Positions 29,636 to 39,629 of a stretch of 64,000 nucleotides of DNA are shown piece after piece; position 1 is the stretch's first letter, and the number at the start of each line of letters is the position of its first letter. The position numbers and the translations under genes are program-made. The notes below the pieces were generated by a model. The model saw only the letters and a list, made by a program, of their open reading frames with translations, did no database searches and had not been told where the DNA came from. This stretch comes from an uncultured Thermoplasmata archaeon (lineage in GTDB: Archaea > Thermoplasmatota > Thermoplasmata > UBA10834), in NCBI GenBank assembly GCA_964488505.1, contig CAZAUI010000002.1, forward strand, positions 71,419-135,418, read 5' to 3'.

Positions 29636-30394
29636 CTAAGCGGGATCAACGCCTGTGCCTAGGACTTCAGGGGTGTACTCGTGGTTCGATTCGGCGTCGT
29701 AACCCTTGTCGGCCACCACCAACTTCACGAGGAGGCCGGCCGGTCGCACCTTCTTGAGCACCCACGGGAAGTCCGGCGAGTCGTTCGAAAGACCCCTCCC
29801 AGACTTCACCGAGACAATCAGCTGCCTCCTCGCCTCCACCGCCACCGTCTGCTTCACGAAACGGCGCGCCAGGACACCCCGACGGGGTCTTCCGAGCTTG
29901 CTCTTCCTGGATTCGAGCACACGCGTGTAATAGGTGCTCGCAGATGTCGAACTGAAGCCGGTCGAATCGACGGCCAGGTAGATCACCCTAAGACGCGCCT
30001 CCCGCAGGAACCCGAGCAGGAGGCGTTCGAGTCTCCTCGTGTCCGCCCTCCTCGAGAACTTCTGCAGCGTAGTCCAGCGAGACACCCTCCTGAGGCCCAG
30101 CTCCTCCCGGAGGCGGGTGTGGACCCTCATCTTGTCGCAGAAGTTCCTGTACGACTTCCTGAAGTGCTGGCGGAGCGCCAGCAGGATTGCGTGCGGGTGG
30201 TCCGTGTACAGGTGGTTCGCGTACCTCGATCCTCTGAGGGGGTACCGGACCCTCTTCAGAATCCTATTATGTCGCCTCATGATGCGAACCAGTTCATGCT
30301 GGTTCGCCATCTTCCCATCCCGCGGCAAGAGGCTATCCCATCCTGGAACCAAGGCAACTCTTACCGGAACTGGTTTGATCTCATGAGGGGCCAT
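29636..30394 (-). mobile_element. IS5-family (DDE_Tnp_1) transposase gene fragment, C-terminally truncated
   Basis: ...VIYLAVDSTGFSS... and ...VVADKGYDAESNHEYTPEVLG... match the IS5 D...D(KGYD) blocks. The ORF stops directly after this block, where IS5 transposases continue about 60 aa further (IP-x-RKN...E). The next in-frame sequence is unrelated. Confidence 0.5.
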
Positions 30395-31196
30395 ATCTTG
30401 CCGACGTTTCTATCTTTCCAGAATGTCGTTTTTCAGAGGGTTTCTACAGAGCACCATGTATCTACTGTATCCGGGAATGGGCGTCAGCGCGTCAACACCC
30501 TGCACGTATGGAAGCTGGATCGGGCAGCCTCTCTCGTAGCATAGGGAATCCTCGTAAGTGGAACACGATTCCGAGAACATAGTCCTCCTCAGCACAATCA
30601 GGATGTTGGGGAAGATTGCGCCGCCTCGAGATGGATGCGCATCCGAGCCCCTGACGACCCTCGAACCCAAGTCCAGAGAGGTCTGTCGAATTCGGACAGA
30701 GGCCCATGACGATGGTCCCCGTGTTCAGGGAACACTAGGGGACGACAATCAGACCAACCATGAGCCTGTTCGTGTTCGATGGATGCCCGCTTAGCGGCGA
30801 TTGACCCCTGAAGGCAATGGTGCTCGGGGCCACAAGACCAGGTGTTTCTCCGTTCGAGGAACCAACTGGATCCGTTCGGAGACGGTCAGACATGTGCCAC
30901 TCAGTCAGTGAAGGGCGTCAATCAGCAGTAACTGAGTCCGGACCCAAACCCCTTCCTTTTCTCCCGCCTATACGGCCTTCTTTCACGTGACGGGCGGCTT
31001 GGGTGAAGGATAGCTGTTTCTTCGCACCTTTGGATGGCGACCCGAAATCCAGCATCAGAGTCTTCTTAATCTTGAGTTGAGATGTGTTCTTCGAGAAAAT
31101 TGTAGCGCAGATAGAGGTGCCTGCGTGGAACGGGGGATATAGTCAATATGTGCTTCTGAGGATACGCCTGAGCAGTGCCGGACAACGTGAATCGGA

Positions 31197-32024
31197 ATGC
31201 GATATCTTATATGCGGAGCCGTCTCTCATTGCTTCGTGGTTCGAATAGCATTGCGTGCTCAGGAGATTGCGGAGAAGGAGGGTCTCCCCGTCCTTGTAAG
31301 GAAGCTCTGCCTAATCTCGCTATGGGGTCTCTTTGGTAGGGTACTTGTTCACCCAATGATGCGCGACTTCAGAAAGCGCGCTGATTGTGCCAGTACGGTC
31401 GAGGAGGTCTTGGACTTTGTCTTTTCCTACTCGTACTTGGGCGCTCGCGTGACTCCGATGCATGTCCGGGACGAGCTAATGGAATTGCTGAAGCTCGTAG
31501 AGTCCTCGAGACCCAAGGTCGTTCTCGATATAGGAACTGCTTGGGGCGGGAGCATTTTCGCATTCACTAAGATTGCCACCTCGGACGCGGTCCTTGTTAC
31601 CGTGGACCTGCCAGGGAGGCTCTGGGGTTACTCGTGTCCTTCTTGGATGGGCCCCCTAGTGATGTTATTCGCCAGGGAGAGTCAGTCGATTGTCCTGGTA
31701 AGGGGCGATTCTCATTCGGATGACACCTTCACGTCTGTCAGGAATTCCGTCCCGGTTGGAGGCGTCGATTTCCTGTTCATAGACGGCGACCATTCTTACA
31801 ACGGAGTCCGCCAGGATTTCGAAATGTACTCAAAGCTGGTCAGAGAGGGTGGTGTGATAGCATTCCACGACATATGCGAAGGTGACAAATCGCTCGTTGG
31901 GGGTGTTCCGAGATTCTGGAGAGAAATCAAACGCACGCACTCCACAAGGGAGATTGTGCGCGATTATTCGCAGGGAGCATGTGGCATAGGAGTGCTCTTC
32001 AACGAGGGACCGACAGCTAGGTGA
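31197..32024 (+). CDS. CmcI/cephalosporin-hydroxylase-family class-I SAM methyltransferase (sugar O-methyltransferase-like)
   Basis: ...KVVLDIGTAWGGSIFAF...VDFLFIDGDHSYNGVRQDFE...GGVIAFHDI - Methyltransf_24/CmcI signature. Confidence 0.7.
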   Translation: MRYLICGAVSHCFVVRIALRAQEIAEKEGLPVLVRKLCLISLWGLFGRVLVHPMMRDFRKRADCASTVEEVLDFVFSYSYLGARVTPMHVRDELMELLKLVESSRPKVVLDIGTAWGGSIFAFTKIATSDAVLVTVDLPGRLWGYSCPSWMGPLVMLFARESQSIVLVRGDSHSDDTFTSVRNSVPVGGVDFLFIDGDHSYNGVRQDFEMYSKLVREGGVIAFHDICEGDKSLVGGVPRFWREIKRTHSTREIVRDYSQGACGIGVLFNEGPTAR

Positions 32025-32260
32025 CCGTTGGACAAGATCAAGCTACCGATGGGCTGCTCAGGATTTCGAGAGGGGTTGCAGTGGAGAATGCATAATGTTT
32101 ATGTTCTGTACCTATGCGTACACCGGGCTGCGCGAAAGCGGGTTGAGGAACGCAAGCCGAGACAATCTCAGCATTCGGGATTGGACCCTCGCACGGGGAG
32201 GCATCCAAAAGGTGAACGCACACATACGGGGAGTTCCGCGCAATCCCCGTCCCTGACCCA

Positions 32261-32674
32261 TTGAGGCTGAGAATGTTGGCATGCCTAAAGTCAAGAGATG
32301 AGAGATCCTCGTCGCTTGGCGGGCTAGAAAGCCCGTACTTGGTGTTCAGCAGGGAGAATCCCAAAAGGCCAATATCTGAACCTTGTGTGCAGAAGTGTGA
32401 GAGAGACGTCGCCATTCGGTCAGGTGTGTTCCTCACTATCCACACGCTGTAACGCACCTACGGTCATATGCTGCTGAATCACGAAATACCGCTTGAGACC
32501 ACTTCGCTTGCCCTGGACCACGCATCTACCATGACCACCAAGAAGCACTATTGTCAAGAAGACGCGGGTGTCGCTAGGCTTGAAATCGCTCAGGTATTGG
32601 CGAACTCTGCGAAGCGTCCGAGCCCTCAATCCTCATTGATTGACGAGACTCTGCAATTACCTAGCTACGCATGA
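32261..32674 (+). pseudogene. Degraded C-terminal remnant of a tyrosine recombinase/integrase (in-frame stop inside the H-x-x-R box)
   Basis: Single frame reads ...VAIRSGVFLTIHTL*RTYGHMLLNHEIPLETTSLALDHASTMTTKKHYCQ..., which aligns to the integrase consensus H-x-LRHT-x-A-x-LL-x-x-G-x-PL-x-x-I-x-x-LGH-x-S-x-x-TT-x-x-Y with the catalytic Tyr. A TAA interrupts it at 32450-32452. Confidence 0.4.
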
Positions 32675-33025
32675 GCCGTATCTGTTCGCAACCGTTATGC
32701 GAGAGAATATATATGCGATTCACGGGTGTCCAGGAGATTAGCTTGAACAACTCGGTGCGGACAGAACATATGAATTTCTTGACAGTCCATGACGAACTCA
32801 GCATATGCAACTTCTTTTTGCGCTCGAATTCTTGGAGGTGCCCTACATCGTTGCGTTCAGATGCGCAGATGCCGTGGCCAATGATTTACGATGATCCTGC
32901 TATATCCATCGATCACGAACAAAACAGGAAACCTGCACCAGAGCTAGGCGTTTATTATTCCGCATCTAGTCCATTTCTGGAGGAGACTCAGTTGCCTGCA
33001 GGTTCTGTCAAGGAGGTTGGACTGA

Positions 33026-34057
33026 GTGGAGCCTAGAGTCGCCATTGTGATACTCAACTGGAACGGGTGGCGCGACACCATCGAATGTCTCGAATCCATA
33101 CGGAGACTGACTTACGGCAACTTCTGGACGGTAGTTGTGGACAATGGCTCAACCGACGATTCGTTGGAACGAATAAGGGAGTATTGGAGACGCGAGCTGA
33201 TAAAATCACCCGATTCCTCTGCGAGGAGAAGAGTGAGAGATGGATGCACTCACGTCGTCGAAGTCGACTATCGGAAGGCACTTGCCATATCACGTGCTGA
33301 GCGGGGTGATGCCGAATTAGCAGAAGGCGAGCGATTGGCATTGATAACAAATCACGATAACCTCGGGTTTGCGGGAGGAAACAACGTGGGCATCGTCTTC
33401 TCGATGAATGCGCTCGACGCTAGACACATTCTGCTCCTGAACAATGATACCGTGGTGGATCCCGCCATTCTGACGGAACTCGTCGCTGTCGCAGAGGAGG
33501 ACGAACGCATAGGATTAGTGGGTCCGAAGATATACTACCACTCATACGAAGGGAGAAAGGACGTCATACTCTACGCAGGTGGAAGGATAGTGCCCTGGCG
33601 AGAGATCGTCTACGAACACATCGGAAACGGCGAGCCCGATGTCGGACAGTATGATGAGAACAGGGAAACCGATTGGTGCACTGGAGCAGGGGTGATGATT
33701 AGAGCAGATTATGCTAGACAACGGCTGCTCAACACCTTGTACCCTTTCGGCAACGAGGATGCTGATTACTCAATCAAGGCAAGGAAGGACGGATGGAGAG
33801 TTGTCTATGCCCACAGGGCAATCATGTGGCACAAAATCGGGGCTTCGAGAGCAAAGACTGGAAAGACCATAGGGCGAAGCGTCTACTGGTACTTCAGATT
33901 CATAAGGTCCAACTTCTCCTCTGCATGGTTCATCTACCATGTGTATCTCTTCACCATCGTAGTGTTGCCCAAGTGGTTCTTCAAGTACATCATATTCCAC
34001 CACAGCACTCACGTCCTGCGGAACTTCCTGTCCGAAATGAGAGTATTCGTTAGTTGA
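33026..34057 (+). CDS. Family-2 glycosyltransferase (rhamnosyl/hexosyltransferase-like)
   Basis: VAIVILNWNGWRDTIECLESI...WTVVVDNGSTDDS... and ...LLLNNDTVVDP... GT2 motifs. Confidence 0.85.
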   Translation: MEPRVAIVILNWNGWRDTIECLESIRRLTYGNFWTVVVDNGSTDDSLERIREYWRRELIKSPDSSARRRVRDGCTHVVEVDYRKALAISRAERGDAELAEGERLALITNHDNLGFAGGNNVGIVFSMNALDARHILLLNNDTVVDPAILTELVAVAEEDERIGLVGPKIYYHSYEGRKDVILYAGGRIVPWREIVYEHIGNGEPDVGQYDENRETDWCTGAGVMIRADYARQRLLNTLYPFGNEDADYSIKARKDGWRVVYAHRAIMWHKIGASRAKTGKTIGRSVYWYFRFIRSNFSSAWFIYHVYLFTIVVLPKWFFKYIIFHHSTHVLRNFLSEMRVFVS

Positions 34058-34854
34058 TTGTGTCGTCCAAGGAAGACGAGCATCTAGGAAACCGCAAACA
34101 GGGCAGGCATTTGCCGTGAATTGCGACAGGACTCCGAGCGTTCGTTGTTAGGCCCACTCTCGCAGACTCGATTCATTCTCACATCCCCTTCATTTATTCA
34201 CAGTTTCGATGCTGAGGCGTGTTTATGAACCAGGCGCACATCAGGCGTCCCCAAAAGCAGTCGATCTATTCTTTCAAGGAGACCTTTGAGAGCGACGGCT
34301 TCGCCCCTTAGCACTACGCCCAGGTTCGCTTTCAATTCAGTCCTGTTGGCCATGATTGTCTATATGGGCAACGAAATCGGTATGCAGTAGCAGACAGTAT
34401 ATAAGTGATTCGAATGTCGATCAGAACGAGAGGCTAGTGCTATCGGAGTCCGGGGAGCATGAACCAGGCGCGTGGCTATAACACAAGTGGTTCGTGACTG
34501 GTCTGTTGTGAAGCGTGGGATAAAGAAACGGTCATTCGACCACGTTTTAACCCGCCAGATAAAACTGGGCGCATCATTCGTATGTCAGCCGAGGGCCGCA
34601 GTTCTGTGTACCCTCTAGCGTCAACCGAGAGTTAGTTCCTCCGAACTCGCGACATTTACGCGAGAGTGTCATTCAAAGTGCGGACGGTGTTGCGTCTGGG
34701 CGATGTCCATGTAGGGTGAAAATGATGACTACGTTCCTGTGGCCGCGGAATTCAGAGACCATTTCTCTGGAGAACGCAGATTGGAACGATGCAGGCAACG
34801 TCCATAGAACAGAAGCCATTAAACCCTCGAAGGCGATTCGGATAAGGGAAGTTT

Positions 34855-35571
34855 GTGAACAAACTAGTGGAGAAACCACTCCGATTACTGCACGCGTTTC
34901 TTCACTCAAAACTGTCTCTAGGCCCGAATATCGTTACTCGGCCACTAGCAGCCGACATTGCAGCATTTGAGAGTTACATTGACCATTACCACAGTAACTG
35001 CAGAGGGAGTACTACGTGGATGGGAAAGCGTGCAGACAAGTTCCCAATGGATGCGTGGGTTTATCAAGAAATCATATGCCAGACAGCACCCGATGTCATC
35101 ATCGAAATCGGCAACAATTACGGTGGCAGTACGCTCTACCTCGCAAATCTCATGGACCTCATGGGCAATGGAAGAGTTATCGGAATCGATGTTGACCACA
35201 GTAGCATCGATTTTGACCATCCTCGACTCACATGGATCACTGGAGATGCGAACTCGACCAGCGTTCTTTCAAAGGTCCAGTCAATGGTCTCCAAGAGCGA
35301 TAGGGTCATGGTCATAGAAGACTCATCGCACACATACGAGAACACGCTATCTGTTCTGCGCAATTATAGCAGGTTCGTAACACCTCAGATGTACTTCATT
35401 GTGGAGGATGGGGTATGTATGTATCCTTTTATTGAAGATGGACCGAAGCCGGGCCCATTCGAAGCAGTGCATGATTTCCTGAGAGAGAACGACTCTTTCG
35501 TTATCGACAAATCGAGAGAACGATTCACCTTGACATTGAACCCGGATGGTTTTCTCAGAAGGGTGAAATAG
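34855..35571 (+). CDS. CmcI/cephalosporin-hydroxylase-family SAM methyltransferase (second copy)
   Basis: ...DVIIEIGNNYGGSTLYLANLMDLMGNGRVIGIDVD...VMVIEDSSHTYENTL... - same family as 31197..32024. Confidence 0.75.
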   Translation: MNKLVEKPLRLLHAFLHSKLSLGPNIVTRPLAADIAAFESYIDHYHSNCRGSTTWMGKRADKFPMDAWVYQEIICQTAPDVIIEIGNNYGGSTLYLANLMDLMGNGRVIGIDVDHSSIDFDHPRLTWITGDANSTSVLSKVQSMVSKSDRVMVIEDSSHTYENTLSVLRNYSRFVTPQMYFIVEDGVCMYPFIEDGPKPGPFEAVHDFLRENDSFVIDKSRERFTLTLNPDGFLRRVK

Positions 35572-35906
35572 CCTTGAGTTACCACCTGTCCCCACGTATA
35601 GACGCCTAGATTCATCTGGAACTCGCACATGGGTCGAATCCTAGGCTATTCACGCCCAGCAACGCGTCTGAGAGCGTTCTTCACGATGGCCTTAACACGA
35701 TTCGCGCTCGGAGGCGGAACCCTGAAGGGGGTTAGGTTCGAATTCGATTCCAGCTGATTGGCGGCTTGACCCGAGTTACTGGCGGGGCCAACTAGTGTTT
35801 CCCACAGGACTCACAAGCGACATGCCCCTGGTAGCCTCGAGCGTAACGCTCGTCAACACGCACTCGCAATTAGTCGCTCACATAGAAGCACTACTGGAAA
35901 ACATAA

Positions 35907-37040
35907 ATGGTAGTGCCAGACAATAAGGTTCGGAGGTTCATGAGAATCTGCCTAGTTGGCTCGAAGTCATGCCCGCCGGTAATTGGCGGAATCGAAGTGT
36001 TCACATACGAGATTGGACGGAGACTCGCCGCGAGTGGTGCGGAAGTCACTGTCATCGTGCCCCGCGGCCAACAGCTGAGCAGGGAGGAAGAACTTGAGGG
36101 CATGCGAGTAGTGAGGGTTCGAGCTATACGCAACCGCTTCTCACTCAAGGCTTCGATGGTCCCTCACGAAATTCTCGAGGCGACTAGGGCTCGACCGGAC
36201 ATCTTCCATGCTAATGACCCAGCTTGTGGAGTTGTCGGATTGCTGCGACTTGGGTGGAATAACTGCGTGCTCACTGTACACGGCATCGGGTTCTCCCACA
36301 CTGAATGGCCAACGCCGTTCAGACAAGGTGGGATTCGTCTGCAAAGACTCGCGATTGAAGGCGCTGATGCCGTAACCTGTACGGATGCTATGACGGAATC
36401 GATGCTCAAGTGCTACAGGGACGATTTGAGAGTCATACCCCCAGGAGTTGACACCTCGATGTTCTCCAGAGGAAGGCATCAGAGGCCGGAAGGGTTCACA
36501 CATGACAAGATTAACATCCTACACGTGGGACGACTGACGAAGGTCAAGGGGACCGACCTCCTAATCGAGAGCCTGGGACTGCTTTCGAAGGACACCATGG
36601 ACTCGATATCGATCAAGGTCATTGGAACCGGGCCTCTTTCACCATTGGTGGCGAGGGCCGCCAGGTCCTTTTCATCGGTCCAATGGCTTGGTGAGATACC
36701 TCATGACCAAATCCCGCCCTATTTCGCAAACGCGGACATACTTATCATGCCGTCGAGGTCCGAAGGGGTTCCCATATCAATGCTTGAGGCGATGGCGTGC
36801 ATGGTCCCGGTCGTAGGCACGTCCGTCGGAGGAATAAGCACCTACTTCGACGAGAGGCACTTCGTGAAGATAGCCGATACAACAGCCGAGGCCGTTGCTG
36901 CAGCACTCGAATCAGCTGTCCGCGACAGGGCATCTATGGTAAGAAAAGCTGCTGAGGCGAAGGCGCTTATCGATTCACAGTTCTCCTGGGACGTGGTGAC
37001 GAAACAGTACATGAAATTGTACGAAGAGATTCTGTCCTGA
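35907..37040 (+). CDS. Family-4 (GT-B) glycosyltransferase
   Basis: ...KSCPPVIGGIEVFTYEIGRRLAASGAEVTVIV... and ...ADILIMPSRSEGVPISMLEAMACMVPVVGTSVGGI... (E-x7-E). Confidence 0.8.
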   Translation: MVVPDNKVRRFMRICLVGSKSCPPVIGGIEVFTYEIGRRLAASGAEVTVIVPRGQQLSREEELEGMRVVRVRAIRNRFSLKASMVPHEILEATRARPDIFHANDPACGVVGLLRLGWNNCVLTVHGIGFSHTEWPTPFRQGGIRLQRLAIEGADAVTCTDAMTESMLKCYRDDLRVIPPGVDTSMFSRGRHQRPEGFTHDKINILHVGRLTKVKGTDLLIESLGLLSKDTMDSISIKVIGTGPLSPLVARAARSFSSVQWLGEIPHDQIPPYFANADILIMPSRSEGVPISMLEAMACMVPVVGTSVGGISTYFDERHFVKIADTTAEAVAAALESAVRDRASMVRKAAEAKALIDSQFSWDVVTKQYMKLYEEILS

Positions 37041-37050
37041 AATGGTCGCC

Positions 37051-38037
37051 TTAACCACGAATGTGGGCGCCAGCCTTGTGCCTTACAACCCAATACGTGG
37101 CCTTGAGCGGATGTGCTATGATAAGACTCCTAGTGTTGCAGACCATCCAGCAGTCGTTTCTGCAACCGCGGACGGCTCTCGTCACTCTGGCTTCCACGTC
37201 GTCACTGAAGAGGTCCTCCCAGGTTTCAGCACAGCGAAGATTTCCTATAAGCATGTTCATGACCGAGCAGGGGAACACGTTCCCAGAAGGTGACAGGAAG
37301 AAGAACCTAGAACCTGCCTCGCAATGACTGATGAATTCTCCCCTCAGTTCCGGATCCGTTATACCCCTCATGTGGTATGCCCTGAACCAGTCCTTGGGAG
37401 ACCTCGAGCGCAACTCAGCCTTGATGACCACTTTCAGTGCGTCCTGGCTCGACCCTGACTCCTCAGGTAAAGGATTGTCAGTCTTCTGGAAGTATATCTC
37501 TGAGTTATGAGCGAAAGTGGCTGTGAACTGGACCCCCAGGCGCTTCGAAAGAGTGAAAACTTCCTTCGCCTCCTGTATGTTGTCGTGCACGAATGTCATT
37601 CCCATGCGGAGGTCCTTGATTCCAATGCCCTTGAGAGCCTCAATAGTAGCGATGGCACTCTTGAAGGCACCCTCAGTTCCTCTTGTGGTGTCGTGGGTGT
37701 TCTCAAGGCCGTCAATCGAAACTCCTACTCCCACTCTGGGGTGGAACTCGCGCACTTCGGACAAGACCGCAACTATCGTATCTGTCAACAGTCCGTTCGT
37801 TGAGAAGACTATCCTTGCGTAGGGGGCACGCTTGTGGATTGAGTTAAGAACCTCAACGAGATCCTCCCTCAGGAATGGCTCCCCGCCAGTGATGTTTATG
37901 GTCCTGAGGCTAGTTGGCAACTTCTCGTAGTGCCAAGGTTCCATCTCTTCCTCTGGAGAAGTCTGCCATATGTTGCACATTGTGCAACGAGCGTTACAGC
38001 GATAAGTGACCGCAATGACTGCTTCCTTGGCTCTCAC
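37051..38037 (-). CDS. Radical SAM enzyme with C-terminal SPASM/twitch-like Cys cluster
   Basis: CNARCTMCNIW (C-x3-C-x2-C) 14 aa from the N-terminus, GGEPFLRED, and C-terminal ...CEAGSRFFFLSPSGNVFPCSVM...CRNDCWMVC... GTG start at 38035-38037. Confidence 0.8.
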   Translation of the reverse strand: MRAKEAVIAVTYRCNARCTMCNIWQTSPEEEMEPWHYEKLPTSLRTINITGGEPFLREDLVEVLNSIHKRAPYARIVFSTNGLLTDTIVAVLSEVREFHPRVGVGVSIDGLENTHDTTRGTEGAFKSAIATIEALKGIGIKDLRMGMTFVHDNIQEAKEVFTLSKRLGVQFTATFAHNSEIYFQKTDNPLPEESGSSQDALKVVIKAELRSRSPKDWFRAYHMRGITDPELRGEFISHCEAGSRFFFLSPSGNVFPCSVMNMLIGNLRCAETWEDLFSDDVEARVTRAVRGCRNDCWMVCNTRSLIIAHPLKATYWVVRHKAGAHIRG

Positions 38038-38055
38038 TGGGGTGCCACAGATTCA

Positions 38056-38070
38056 AAGAAATATATATTG
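38056..38070 (-). promoter_or_regulatory. TATA box (aaatatatat) centred about 27 nt upstream of the radical-SAM GTG - leaderless archaeal promoter
   Basis: Read from the sequence; the spacing fits the -26/-27 TATA position of leaderless archaeal transcripts. Confidence 0.35.
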
Positions 38071-38351
38071 CTTCTCAGGAGATTGCCACGTTGAACCCCT
38101 CTAAGGGCGGACACAATGAATGGGTGAAACGACATCAGAACCGTGTAACCCTCAATCGAATAGATACGGACTAACAAATGGCTAGCGCGCTGACGAGCTC
38201 ACTCGGCTCAATGAGATTGGGGACCATTACCTTATTCCCCGAGTGCTCCCACGCTGGAAGGAGAGAATCTACTCTGAGTGTGGGAAGTCTCTTGGGGCCG
38301 ACATCACATTAATACGGGCGAACAGATTGTCGCAACCGAGGGCGCCATCAA

Positions 38352-39629
38352 ATGGGCATGCGGGGGACGGTCAAAGGACTTGCGCAGGCAGGACAGGCAA
38401 GCGCAGGAGAGTCTTTCCGATATTACTCCGCCAGCAGCTCTGACGAACGCCGGATCATCCGCGCCTCCTTCTTCATGGGCATATTGAGCGGCGTCACATG
38501 GTATGTCATCGCCCTCTACTGGGACGCGCTCGGGTTCACCTCCGAGGAGATTGGCCTCATAGGCGGTATCGGCTCCGCGGTGGGCGTCGTGAGCCTGCTA
38601 TTCAGCGGGTTCTTGGCCGACATCTTCGGCCGCAAGAACCTGCTCCTCATAGGGCTCTTCTTCAACACCTTCGGAGCGGCCCTGTTCCTGCTCGAGCCGA
38701 ACCTGCTCCTGTTCATATTCGCGGAAGGGCTCATCAGCCTCGGATCTTCCCTGATACAGCCTTCCATCGTCGCCCTCATGGCGGAGAAGACCGCACCGAC
38801 TAGGCTCAAGTTCTTCTACGGTCTCCAGGGCTTCTCGAACCAGATAGCCATAACAATCGCGAGCGCCACGGGCATCTTCTTCCCAGGGTTATTCCTGAAC
38901 GAGTTCGGCCTGGAGCTCACCTCAGGCTACTGGCTGGTGGTCCTGGCCGCCGTCCTATGCAGCGTCGTCCCGATATTCTACATGCTCAGGGTCTCAGAGG
39001 TCAAAAGGAAGGGCGAACGACTCAGACTGAGCTTCGACAGGACCGCCAGGATGAGGCTGTTCATGTACTCGTTCCAGAACGTCCTGATAGGGATAGGGGC
39101 GGGCTTCGTCATCCCGTGGCTGCCCCTGGTGTTCCAAGAAGGGATGGGCGCCACCTCGCTCCAGCTCACACTCATGGTCACCGCGTCCAACATCGCGATC
39201 GCTATCGGATGGTTCGTCATCCCCAAGTTCGCCGAGGCGCGTGGTTCAGTCGGCCTGATAACCGCGTTCCAGATAGCCTCCGTGGCGTTCCTCCTGGCCA
39301 TCCCCTACTCCGCCTTCTCGCTCCTGCTGGTCGCCGTCCTGTTCATGACCAGGGGCCTGCTCATGCTCATCCCGACGCCCATCCTGAACGCGTACGTGAT
39401 GAACATCGTGAGCGAGGAGATCAGGGCGTCGTTCTGGGCCATCAGCTCCCTGGCATGGACCGTAGGATATTCCGCCGCCTTCGCAGTGAGCGGGTACGTC
39501 TGGGCGAACGACTACTCCAGGGTCGAACCGTTCTACTTCACGTCGGCTGCCTACATCGTAGGCTCGCTCGTCTTCTACCTCTACTTCAAACGGGTCGCGG
39601 AACCGAACGACGGCCCCAAACCTGCGTGA
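38352..39629 (+). CDS. Major facilitator superfamily transporter (12 TM)
   Basis: ...GFLADIFGRKNLLLIGL... (MFS motif A-like G-x-L-x-D-x-x-GRK), 12 hydrophobic helices. First gene after GC content returns to above 60%. Confidence 0.75.
   Translation: MGMRGTVKGLAQAGQASAGESFRYYSASSSDERRIIRASFFMGILSGVTWYVIALYWDALGFTSEEIGLIGGIGSAVGVVSLLFSGFLADIFGRKNLLLIGLFFNTFGAALFLLEPNLLLFIFAEGLISLGSSLIQPSIVALMAEKTAPTRLKFFYGLQGFSNQIAITIASATGIFFPGLFLNEFGLELTSGYWLVVLAAVLCSVVPIFYMLRVSEVKRKGERLRLSFDRTARMRLFMYSFQNVLIGIGAGFVIPWLPLVFQEGMGATSLQLTLMVTASNIAIAIGWFVIPKFAEARGSVGLITAFQIASVAFLLAIPYSAFSLLLVAVLFMTRGLLMLIPTPILNAYVMNIVSEEIRASFWAISSLAWTVGYSAAFAVSGYVWANDYSRVEPFYFTSAAYIVGSLVFYLYFKRVAEPNDGPKPA

Noticed and set aside
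35690-35760. tRNA-like T-loop string gggggttaggttcgaattcgattcc
   Set aside because: Contains GGTTCGAAT but the flanks cannot form a T-stem or acceptor stem; at most a decayed tRNA fragment/att remnant, not a gene.
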